Source: Oopsacas minuta (lineage: Eukaryota > Animalia > Porifera). From it: a DNA stretch of 64,000 nucleotides. The notes beneath the pieces were generated by a model that saw only the letters and a list, made by a program, of their open reading frames with translations, was not told the DNA's origin and did not search any database. Position 1 is the stretch's first letter, and each line of letters opens with the position of its first letter. The stretch spans positions 124,001-188,000 of the forward strand of contig JAKMXF010000277.1 in the NCBI GenBank assembly GCA_024704765.1, written 5' to 3'. This document shows, in pieces, positions 37,021 to 48,041 of the stretch. The position numbers and the translations under genes are program-made.

Positions 37021-39349
37021 TCAAAAAATATCAGGACATCTGTCAAAGTTTTGTTCAAAATATTTATAGTTGAATGTCCACTCATCACTGTTATTATAGG
37101 GATTATACTTCATTTCAAACCAAAGAGGTGTCCATTTTTCCCCTTTAGCTTCACGGAGTTTCCTTGCCGCTCGTTGCTTCTCTTCCAGACGATGTTTCTC
37201 CGCAGAAGCGCCGTCCAAATCACCATTTTCAAGACATCGGATATCAGGTCTATATCTTACATCAGTTCGTGGTAAATACATACCTTCACGGAAATCGTTT
37301 AATGCAAGTGAATTCAGTGGCAAATTGAAACAGTATTCTGAATTTGGTGGTCTATATACAATAAGATTTAGAGGAAATGTCATACAGTTAACTTCCTTAG
37401 TATCAAAGCTCAAGGGACCACGATAATAATAGTTAGATATTAGGTTTGGGACCATATTTGTGTAATTATATATCTCGATATATCCGTGTTAGATATCACA
37501 GGAGTTGATTGTATCTAGGTGTATTTTAAGAATATATATCCGAAAATATTCACGTAAATTATTACAGGGGTGGTGAGCCAGTTTCACCCATGGGATCATT
37601 TTGACCCACTGTCACAACCTGTACTAGTTTTTCTGCAACAGTCAACTCCCGTAATATCAAACACGGATATATAGAAATTGTACAAATATGGCCTCAAACC
37701 GTCAAAGTAACATATTTCATCTGTCAAATCGAAGTAATTATCGCAGTCCCTTGAGCTTCAAAAATTTCAAACAAACTCAATTACCTTGGATTAGCTTTCA
37801 CCAATAATTTAGAATCATGTCCTTTCCTCAGTCTTGGGTTTGCGAGAATTCTTTTATAAGTTTCAGGGGAACAGCTCCATATCTCACTCGTCCAATGTCC
37901 ATACAGATATCTTAATTCTTTGCCATTTTTATCAACAACAACTCCTTCTACTGCATGTAAATCTCTATTATTGAACCAAGATTTTTTCTTGTATGTCATA
38001 TACAGTTTATGACCAGTCGTGTGGTTTATTATAGGAATAGTGCCGTGTTTCTCAATCCATAGATCACCTTAGGTAATAGAATACACGGTTGCAATCGAAG
38101 AGTTAAATATTTGTTACAAAAATATATCTGAAAATTACAATCTATGCCAGCAGCATAAACTGCATTGAGTTTCATCTACAGATTGCTGTCCATGTGTTAC
38201 TCGTAAGGAATTGAAACTACCAATTCCCACAAAATAGAAATAGAATCAGCACAACTTCAACATCCTATAATGCATCGAATTAATAGTGCTGCCATTACAA
38301 ACAGACTGCTATCGACACAGATTGTAATCTTAGATTTTTGCTCGCTACACTCGAGGTAAATTTTCAAATGAACATAATTGTTGTCACTTACCGAATATAA
38401 TATTACGCCCTGTAGTAGTAGGGAAAGGATAAGTAATCACAGACTCAATCTTCTCGTTTGAATCAAAAAATTCAAAAGTCCATCCTCCCTCAACTACAGC
38501 ATCAGCACTGTTACCCCAGAATTTAATGCTCACTTGGATGACGCCATATCCTCTAAAGTTTGGCAACTGGAATAGCATTGCCATTATAGGTGGATGATGA
38601 CTAACTTGTTCTGCAACAAATACAAAGCCTTTTTCATCGTTTCGCAGTTCATACGTCTCACCGAGAAGAGGGTTAAAAGGCTTATATAAACGGTAACATT
38701 GTGAGGAATTAGTAATTGCGTAATGCGCAGCTACATACTCTAAACGAGTGACAGGGTCTATATTGGGTTGAATCATTTGTTTGAAAGGTTCAGGATATGA
38801 GAATGCTTCAGCAGGCCTTTGCAAAGCACTAAGTGGTTCATTGAGACAAGCAGGCAAAGTAATTTTAGTCAAATCCTTTCCAACAAACTCTTTTATATAT
38901 GACCAAACAGAGAATCGATAGGGAGGCAGAGGTTTGGGTAGCTCAGTGCGACTCTGAGGAACTAATTCGTAAGGTTCATCTACGATAAATGTGTCGTTTA
39001 TTATACGTTTAGGGGTATGCTCTGTGGGAAAGGTTGTGAGATCAATAAAATCATCTCCACTACAATTTTTAACTTGTATAACATTCGTTTCTGGATTTAT
39101 TCTGGCTATTTCTGAAAAATTATTTCTTTCAGTTTTCTGGCTTTCTATATCATCATTCGCGTCTAGGAATATTTCCTCATCAGCATTGGAAGCTTGGTCT
39201 TCAACACTGAAATTCTTCGTTATTGGCTCGCACATGCTAATTAAACTTACACAAGAATTATAAGTAAAAAGGAACGACATTTCTAACGTTGCGTGACTCT
39301 GGTTAAGGTGGCCTGATTTTGGTGAAGGTAGCGTGACGTAACTGTCCAT
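37021..39349 (-). CDS. Short oxysterol-binding protein-related protein (FFAT + ORD), paralog B, 3 exons, ~523 aa
   Basis: Exons 39349-38392, 38067-37785, 37351-37021 (1572 nt); exons 2 and 3 are the same lengths (283, 331 nt) as in paralog A. FFAT-like DEEIFLDANDD; motifs YKPFNPLLGETYE, EQVSHHPP, TDVRYRPDIRCLENGD, CPDIF. Confidence 0.9.
37385..37760. mobile_element. Cluster of three MITEs filling OSBP paralog B intron 2 (family A 37385-37511, hAT-like ~37565-37625, truncated family A 37639-37760)
   Basis: TA|CAGTTAACTTCC ... GGAGTTGATTG|TA; CAGGGGTGGTGAGCC start; CAGTCAACTCCCGTAATATC start with the shared internal motif. Confidence 0.7.
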
Positions 39350-39479
39350 AATAAAAAATTGTAAAATCTTGAAATTTGATGACCTAATACAATTTCAATG
39401 GAAAATTGTAAAGTGGCAATTTGTGTCAGAGAAAAAAATCGTGCCTTCAGTGTATACTTCAGTTTGCACAGTAGAATTA

Positions 39480-39640
39480 GGGTCAGACTGAATGGTGGAA
39501 AAATGGTGGAAATAATATACTGTAAAGTAAATGATAGAATCCTTTTCCACCACTTTCCATAATTCAGTCTACTTTTCCACCATCAGTCATTACGACGAAA
39601 ATTCAGAAATTCCACCATTTTCCACCATTCAGCCAGACCG
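39480..39640. mobile_element. TA-flanked MITE with ~32-bp TIRs and internal TTCCACCA repeats
   Basis: TA|GGGTCAGACTGAATGGTGGAAAAATGGTGGAA ... TTCCACCATTTTCCACCATTCAGCCAGACCG|TA. Confidence 0.75.
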
Positions 39641-39757
39641 TAAATAAATCTATAAATCTTCAAAATTACAAATAATTATTGAACAATAAATAGACATAAA
39701 TAGTTAATATTTAAACACATTGAGTCAATTCTCAAATGTTTCTAATAAATATTTGGA

Positions 39758-42700
39758 CTACTTTAGTACTGTCTTAGCAGTAGATAAATCAATTTGGTTA
39801 ACAAGGGTATCTAGATCAGCTACCAATTCATTTTCTATCTCAAACATTGTGTCTGTACTACTACTAATAGTTGGGGTTAGTGTGTATTCTTCGTCATCTT
39901 GATCCATGGCAGATGCATTTGCAAGACTATCATCTAATTCATGTAATTCATTAGAAGCTTGTCGACGTAATTCGTCTAAAAAGATTACAAACAAATTACA
40001 GCCTCAAAAATATTCAGACTTAAGCAGTGCGTAAACTTCACCAAATATGTATCAACGTAAGGCAAGCGAAATTCCGCAAAGATCCCAATATAGTAGTACG
40101 TACAGTTGAAATCAGTTTTTGCATCATTACATGTACTTGCTTCTCCCTAATACATACCAACTCATTGGGTTTTGCCTATTTTCTCGTGCATTTTGAGCGC
40201 AAAAACCCGATTTCGACTGTATTATGAATCGCATGATAAGCAAATGAATTTGAAAAGACAACACGTTTGATGGGTCGAATGTGGGCCAAATATATTGAAT
40301 AGAGTCAGGCCGAGGCAAGAGATTATTCACCCTTGTTTCAATTATAAATTCTTCAACTTACCAAACATATCAGGTGAAAAAGAGCGCGATTGTAGGTAGA
40401 TGAGCTCTGGCATGCTAGAAGCATAATTCTCATCAGGTTCAGAGGGTGGTGGAGTAGCTGTTACCATGCGACCAGATGGTAACATCATTCTTGTGTGTTC
40501 CTTCTGGAAAAATTGATCTTCTAAATACGCATCTGCATATGCATAGGTAGGTATGGATAATCTCTCTCTTGGTTTGGAGGTTCCTGTCTTTTTGACGTTT
40601 CTATTCATCTCAGTTATTTTCTTCTCCCAAAAGGCGAGAATTTGGTTAGGTCTATTCGCGGCCTATTTACAAAAGAGAGAATTTAAAATTGGCCATCGCA
40701 ATATCCACAACAAGGAATGACATCATTGGAAAATATCAAAATCTAAATTCCCAAAAATAAAAGGATTAAAAAATTTCGAATAATTCGCCGATTTTCCAAA
40801 TATAGATATTCGCAAAATCTTACCCTTTTGGAAGGTGGAGTTTTTTCATCAAACGAATCTGAGTTGACAATTTTCGCAAATTTAGCTTGTATTAGCACAG
40901 ATGGATCCATCAATTCATCACTCTCAGCCTTTTTAACAGAATTAAAAACTTCACTATCCTTAGGGTCAATTTGACCAGAAGCATTGATTTGAGATTCAGA
41001 TCGTGAGCTAATACTAATTGGATAGTAAATAGCTAATTCTTGCTGTTTAGAATCTTCGGATTGAGTTATGTCAGATTCTGTCTCCACTTCAGTTAAAACT
41101 TTCAAACGAGATGGTTTCCTTGGTGGTGCTTCGACACCTTTTAGAATATATTTATAATATCAGCGGTGTCGAAAAGGCGATCTAAAGTACCGTGGATTCC
41201 GGTTATACGAATACAAGATATAAGCACCATCCTCTGGAAAACGGTTCTCATATATTCCTGTATATTTATGGCGGTTATAAGAATATGTATTACAACTCCA
41301 AAGGGTGTTCTTATAACCCGCATAAAATACACAAGAATAGAAGAGAACCGTTTTCCAGACGATGGTGCTTACATCCGGCATGTTCTCGTAACCGACATCC
41401 ACTGTATCCGTGTTGGATATAAACCATTCACCAAAATTTTCTTTATAAAATAGAATATGGAGATAATAATGTAAGGAAAATACACATTGTAAATTGAGAC
41501 AAAATATTATAAGAAAATGCAAGAAATAGCAAATATAACGAATGCTTACCAGTAATAACTGGAGGAGCGAATGTTGAAGGATCCATAATATCAATCTCAT
41601 TCTCAAATACAAAATCCTTTTCACCCTTCAATAATTTCGAAAAATCCACACTGCTAGACAAAATATCACTCCCAGACTCATCGATAGCCTCCTTCGAATC
41701 AGTTTCTACAATCGGTTCATGTTGTACACGAATCGCCAATTCAGCTTGTGTAACCACACGACGTCGAGGAGTAGGCAATAAACGCTTTGAAATACGAATG
41801 TGTTTACAGAAATTTTTCCCAGTGTAGTACTCAATTCTCTGGTGTATTTCTTGATGAGGGATCAGTACAACTCCGAATAGAAAAAAACTCGCTTGTATTG
41901 CATTCAAAACCGCAGAAATATAAGCCAAAATCGCAATATTTGTACTCAGAAATGATAATAAACACGCCCAACTGAGGCCAAATAAAATAATATAAATCAA
42001 AAGTACACGCGAAAGCTTTTTAGAAGATTTCAAGCCAAAAGTGCTCACCAAATCTTTGATAAGAGTCAATCCGATTATAATACAACTTGCAAAGTATAAA
42101 ATAATAATCGGTACAGCTACTAAAAATATGTAATAAGATTCGCCGATATTTTGCGTATTCACCCAACAATATCCAAATCTTTCTTCCAAACTGTCAGAAA
42201 AATACGTAGAATTTGAAATATACTCTTCATGGTAAAAAGGTGTGAAAGGGAAAACAATAAAAAGCGAGAATAAAGTCGCGAAAACGAAAATAACAACAAA
42301 CGATTTCTTTTTAAACCGATAATGCGGAAATGATATTAAAATATAACAAACAAGCGTATAGGTTGCTAGCCAGATAAAAGACGCAGTGAGAAAAAGGTGC
42401 ATGAAAATGCTAGCAATTTTACAGCCAGTTTCAAAAAAATATACTGCTTCTAGCGTGAAAATGAATAGAATATCATAGCAGATGAATACCAGTGATAAAA
42501 CGAAGTTAATAAAGTGAACTATCTTTTTCAAGAGTCGGAAAAATAAAATGTACAGCAGAACTGTAGTCGAGAACATAATTAATGATATGAGTGTACCGAT
42601 ATACCCAAACATGTTGAAAGGCCGTATGGTATCTTCAAGTTGGCGAAAACCGGCGAATTGTGCGTATAGGCCAGCTGATTGCTTAATATTACAATGAATA

Positions 42701-45700
42701 TTGTCTATATTGTCTAGCCATAGAGATTGCTGGTTTGAATATTGAGCACAAAATATAGGTGATTGTACTTGATTGAGTGAGAACGGAGAATATGAATGAA
42801 GATATGTATTGAAATTGATTGTATAACTAGAATAAAGGAATTTCATAAAGTAGTGTGTAATTGTAGATAGCAGGGTTTCATACAGGATTTTTTGCCTACT
42901 GTTGTCATAATACCTAAATATTCAGTATTAATCTTTAGGAATTCTGACGGGGACCGGATGTGGGGGGCAATCCCAGGGCGCGCCCCCCACTGTATGAACC
43001 CTGATGCTTTATAGTTTGTTTTGTTGGCTCACATCTTTTCCTTGGAATTTCCATCATTTTTTCCAAAATTCTCAATACAGTGTAACCTCCACAACGGGTG
43101 TCAGGTAAGCCGAAAAATGCTTCGCCGTTTCCACTTTTACCAAATTCCACCTTTGTGAAGGTTCATTTGTATGGAACCAGGAAATCGCTTCATTGATTTT
43201 CCACTCAGTTTCCAGAACTTCCACGGTTCGACAGGCCTGTTTGTGGAGGTTTCACTAAACTGTGTAAGAAATTTTTGCAAAAATAAACAAAATTTGTAAG
43301 GAAATTCTACCGAAAGGACAGAATAAATATATGTTCGTACTAGCGACAGTAAAATAATAATATACCTGTATGTAAAACTTGAAGTTTGAACATTAGTAAA
43401 TTCCACAGAAATAATATCACTAATAATCTCAGGTTCTTGAAAATAATTCAAAGCCAAAGTGTTACCCTCCAGCACCAAATTATCACTAGCTATAACATCA
43501 CGAAACTCCTCATCTAATGGTATTATAAAAATATTTACTGATAGACCAACACAGTCGATACAATATTGAAAAGCTTCGTGTATCAAAGAACCTGGTACTG
43601 AGATTTCATTCCCATATTTGGAGAATCGATAAATTTCGTTTGGATTAACATTACTTGCTTTGAACCATGCAGAACGTAGAGTGAAAAGACCTGTCGTGAA
43701 AGTTTGGGTATTCGATAGCTGAATCGAACGAGAAAACCGATTCAAATTGCTAATAACTTCCTCAACAAATCCAGACTGAATAGTGATAAACTTCGCAAGC
43801 ATACTCGTAGTTGCATTTAAGAATAATCGTATCATAGCACTTTCTTGTGTAAATTCAGTATACAAACTTGCTTGCGTTGTAAGACATGAAAATAGCCTGG
43901 AATAAGCTTCTATGTCAGGTTTACCATAAGGGAAGTTTTGACCGATTATATTGCTAGTAATATTCACTAGTAATTCAATTACATCTGATAGTACAGGGCT
44001 AGAATTGCATAATGATAGTGCAGAGCCATACAGATCTAAAAAAGGAATATTCCAACATTAATTCGAAGTACAGCAGAACTCAGATAAACAACTCGGTTAG
44101 TTCGTACTAATATTGTTTCCGGAAGGGCTACGTCTTATCCGAGTTACACTGTATGTATCAAGGCCACAAAAGCTGCGATGAGCTACTTGTTATGTCAAAC
44201 ACTTATAGAATCTGGGTGGTAACATGACGTCATGCCCATTTCTATTTCCAGGTTGGTATATGTCGATCAAGATGGCACTAATTTCGGCTTTTATGGCCCC
44301 CCAATTACAGTAAATTGATGTTGCAGAATTATACTAGAAACGGGGCTCTCAATCTGTGAACTAATCAAAATCGTGAGATGTACGATTTTGAATTATTTTC
44401 TATAAAAAGACTAGGGGCTTATATTAAGTGTAGGTCCAAAATTGTGAGACTCACGAGCCATTACGAGATCGTGAAAGTTGAAAGCTATATGTTACCCACG
44501 TTGATATATTATATGATCGTAAGTAATCTTACCTGAAGCACATTCAGAAATATTCGTTTCAACCCAATTTCCACTCAAATCGCATTCTCTATACGCTATC
44601 CCTATACCACTAAAACAGCTCTGAGAATCTATCAAACCATTACCAACGCCACATAGCCATGAAACACCATACATATCTCTATCAAACGGACAGATTGGCC
44701 CATCACATGCATCTCCTTGTCCATTCATGTCACAGTCTAACTGATCGCTATTAGAGTCTGTAGGACAATTATCTTGTTGGCAATATGTATAGTTCTGTTG
44801 AGAAATGCAGGTGAGTAAGTGATCCGGGTAGCCGTCAGTATCTGTATCAATACCACATTCCTTTCCAGTGCCAGTGTGACCATCGTTACAGGAGCAATTT
44901 CCAACGGCAGGGCAATCGCATGATCTAAACACAAATAATAAAATGAACCAGTAATGATAAAATATCATCACAACTCAAGGTCATATCGATTCGATTTTTC
45001 AACTTTGGATCTCTCGAAAATACAGGGAAAATACCGAAAATAGTTGAATTATTCGAAATTCCATATTTTGATATTTTTCAGCTATTTTGAGTGATATTCG
45101 ATTATCTTCCGATTTTTTCGATATTTTTCATTTCCGATATGGTACCAAACCTTTTACAACTTACCGATTTCCACATATTTCAAAAATATTCTCTTGTAAT
45201 GGAAAATCATTTGTTATATCAAAATCACAATAACAAGTCTTTGAAGGTATAAAAGCTTGAATTTCTACCAAAGTATGAGACAATATTTCCATATTTAACG
45301 CGAGATAATCTTCAATTTGGATGATCGTATTTGAAACTACGTTTTCTGGTATTGGTATAGATAAATAAGTAAATTCTGTTTGTAAAACTGTATTGAGAAC
45401 AATATGAGTTGTAAAACTGGCAGTTGGTATACCTGTCAGACTTCCTAACTTCAAAATAATATCATTAATCGAGTGAACCAAGAAATCCAAATTCGGCAAA
45501 AAAATAATTTCTATCACAGCAGAATCGATAAGCATAAGACATTCTGACGTCATCGAAAATCCAGAATTGGCATCACAAGCCAAATATAACTGTCCATCAG
45601 CTTCGAAGAATTCGCCAAGATCTGAACAATCTTCTTGCCAAAATGCACCATGGATTAAACCAGGCCAAACTAATCCATACTGATAACTAATCTCACAAAA

Positions 45701-47662
45701 GTCTGTAACGTTTGCAGTCAATGTAAATCCATTGGATAGATTAAACAGCGTATAAGCATATACATATCTACCAATATGGCTTGGAGAAAGTGATTGAGTT
45801 TGAATGGTGAAAGTAGTTATGACTAATACATTATCTTCAGTCGTAATTACTGTTCTAAGCTTGAGTTTTAATTGCATGAAAGTTCCGCTTGCTTCAATAG
45901 GGAAATATGAATTTTTGAGTGCTTTACGGAAAATGAAATTATCAATATCGAATAATTCAGTAGGGCTAGTGATGAATATTGTGAGATCTGTTGAGAATTG
46001 ACTACCAATCTATTTAAGGGAAAAGACTTCCAGTAAATTCTCGTTATATTGAAGTGTTCGGGACCCCTGTTTTATTTCGTTTCGTTATATCCGACTCGGT
46101 TACATAACGAGAGTTTATTGAATGGTAATTACTTGTTTATAAATTCATACATTTACTAGACAAGATACTCAGCAGTCAACAATACTTGCCATACTCTCCC
46201 AGATTTTTTGGATTATTTGGGAAGTTTGAAAATGTCTCGGCATCCCTGGTCCCGATAAAGTTACATTTCCAGGGAAATTTTGCCATATTTCTGGCGAGTT
46301 TCGGGATAATTATTTGAAAAATTTCTCGAATGTGTATTTCATAGAAATGCTTCCAGTAAAAGTTTCTAGTAAGTAATTTGCCAATTGGGAAAATACGATG
46401 TAACTTCTAAATACAAATGAACCTCCACAAGCGTAAATTAGCAGAAACGAGTAACAATTTTCGGCGTCCCTGACATACCGTTTGTGGAAGTTACACTGTA
46501 TTATAATGAAATGGGTTGGTAGATAAGTAATACGTATGTATATACGCAATAAAAATAAAACTCACTAACATTGACAGTATATTCAGTTTCTTCTGGTATT
46601 AGCAAGGGAAGATTCCGTGTAAGATATCTCACAAATGATTCATTATGACAAATAGAACCATTCTCTTTAGCTGTGTAAGTACAAGTGAATGTGAATATGT
46701 CTGTTGTCTCTGTATGGAATATATCTTGACTGTAATAGTACTTTCCATTAGAAAATTTATCGAAAATAGGGCCTTCATTTGTGAAAGTCTAAATAGAAAT
46801 ATAATGGGTGTGTATACAGTGGTGTTCGCCTATTAGCAAGTTATATCAGGGACTTTTGTATTTGGAAATAATTCCTTTAATAGCAAGTTCGCGATTAGAA
46901 AGGAAAATTTTTCAAAATAGGCGAACTCCACTGTACATAATTAATATCAAGTTACCTCGAATAGTAGCCGACGAGGTATTTATGAATTTTGGAAGCCTAG
47001 GTGAGTGCCTAATTAATATGATCACAAACTGGCATATTCATAAACTTCACTCGTGTGGCTCCAGTAAGTTGAATGATAATTAACGCTACAGAATTCCATA
47101 CTTACCTACCTTCTTTGACAATTTTCCGGGATGATTTCAGGTTATTCCTCCTATTCTACCCGAAAATATCTAGAAGTATAGCAAAAATAGTAAAATTCCC
47201 AATTTTCAAAATTTCCTCTGGATAAGACGTGAAACCTCGGGATCTCGGGGTGGTTGACAAGTATGGATTCCGTAGTGACCACTATTGGCATTTGCCTACA
47301 GAGGCATGTAGGCGAGGAAAGCGATTCATAAAATACTAATTATCTCACTTTGATGCGAACTTATAGTCAAATACTACCCAACTTTTGGGTGAATATCAAT
47401 CAATTAAACTCACCTGACACTCTCCATTATAATTACAAAGTTCTATCACAAAAATAGAATCAATCCCAGCTTCATCAATAAGATCATTACCAATATTACT
47501 AGGATGACATCTGTATATACAAGTGAAGCTACCATTATCAATAGGCTGTGTGTCTATAAATGATTGAGTAGCCAGTTGTATTATAGTAGAACATGATTGA
47601 GATTTGGTTGAGGTAATTGTTGTTATAAGGAGGAATAGGGGAAGAACGAGGGTTTTGAACAT
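39758..47662 (-). CDS. Adhesion GPCR (signal peptide, Ig-like, HRM, EGF, TSP type-3 repeats, HRM, GAIN/GPS, 7TM, long C-tail), 9 exons, ~1494 aa
   Basis: Exons 47662-47414, 46788-46570, 46009-45165, 44924-44533, 44035-43366, 42826-41550, 41137-40824, 40662-40362, 39975-39758 (4485 nt, all phases match). Signal peptide MFKTLVLPLFLLITTITSTKS. Secretin-like 7TM motifs GYIGTLISL, GCKIASIFMHLFLTASFIWL, GYCWVN, LIYIILFGLSW, AVLNAIQASFFLFG. Confidence 0.88.
41190..41404. mobile_element. Palindromic (foldback-like) TA-flanked MITE, family D, in aGPCR intron 6
   Basis: TA|CCGTGGATTCCGGTTATA ... CGTAACCGACATCCACTG|TA; internal IR aagcaccatc.ctctggaaaacggttctc / gagaaccgttttccaga.cgatggtgctt. Half-copies occur at ~33960-34090 and ~57125-57240. 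Confidence 0.8.
42871..43003. mobile_element. hAT-like MITE in aGPCR intron 5
   Basis: TIRs CAGGGTTTCATACAG / CTGTATGAACCCTG; no clear TSD. Confidence 0.6.
43078..43169. mobile_element. MITE family C (copy 3)
   Basis: TA|CAGTGTAACCTCCACAACGG ... TTTGTGAAGGTTCATTTG|TA. Confidence 0.8.
46414..46498. mobile_element. MITE family C (copy 4)
   Basis: TA|CAAATGAACCTCCACAA ... TTTGTGGAAGTTACACTG|TA. Confidence 0.8.
46817..46933. mobile_element. Tc1/mariner-type MITE in aGPCR intron 1
   Basis: TA flanks; 18-bp TIRs CAGTGGTGTTCGCCTATT / AATAGGCGAACTCCACTG (1 mismatch). Degenerate relatives at ~9170-9336 and ~12630-12700. Confidence 0.82.
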
Positions 47663-47808
47663 CGTGTGTATATAGCTATGGAATAGTAGGTTTTCACATA
47701 TATAATTAATGTATTAAACTTAGGAACCAAGGTTTCCGTATTATGTATCATGACTACGTATTCACGTATGTATATTGATTATGTATAGCTGAGCTAGTAG
47801 ATAGTCAA

Positions 47809-47962
47809 CTGACTCAACACCCGTTATATCGAGATATTCGCCTATTTCAAAGTCTGAAACTGTACAAATATGGTCCCAAACCATCAAAATAGCATATCTT
47901 TTATCGGTTATATCGAAGTAATTATCGCGGTCCCTTGAGCTTTTATAAACAGGAGTTGACTA
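47809..47962. mobile_element. MITE family A in the aGPCR/ANKRD39 head-to-head spacer
   Basis: caacacccgttatatcgag ... tgtacaaatatggtcccaaacc ... atcgcggtcccttgagc ... aggagttgact, the same internal motifs as the other family A copies. Confidence 0.75.
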
Positions 47963-48041
47963 TACGCTCTATTTTGTGTTGTGCGTTTCCTGGTTCTTAT
48001 TCAAGTATTTCCGGTGTATTTGTAATTTTTTATACAAAAGT

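Noticed and set aside
40743-40823. KRVRF (RVxF PP1-docking motif) in the aGPCR tail ORF
   Set aside because: It arises only by reading through the donor AGG|GTAAGA at 40824; the spliced product continues SKRAANRPNQ.
41160-41624. Overlapping 63-154 aa ORFs on both strands as candidate small genes
   Set aside because: Explained by a palindromic MITE in an aGPCR intron.
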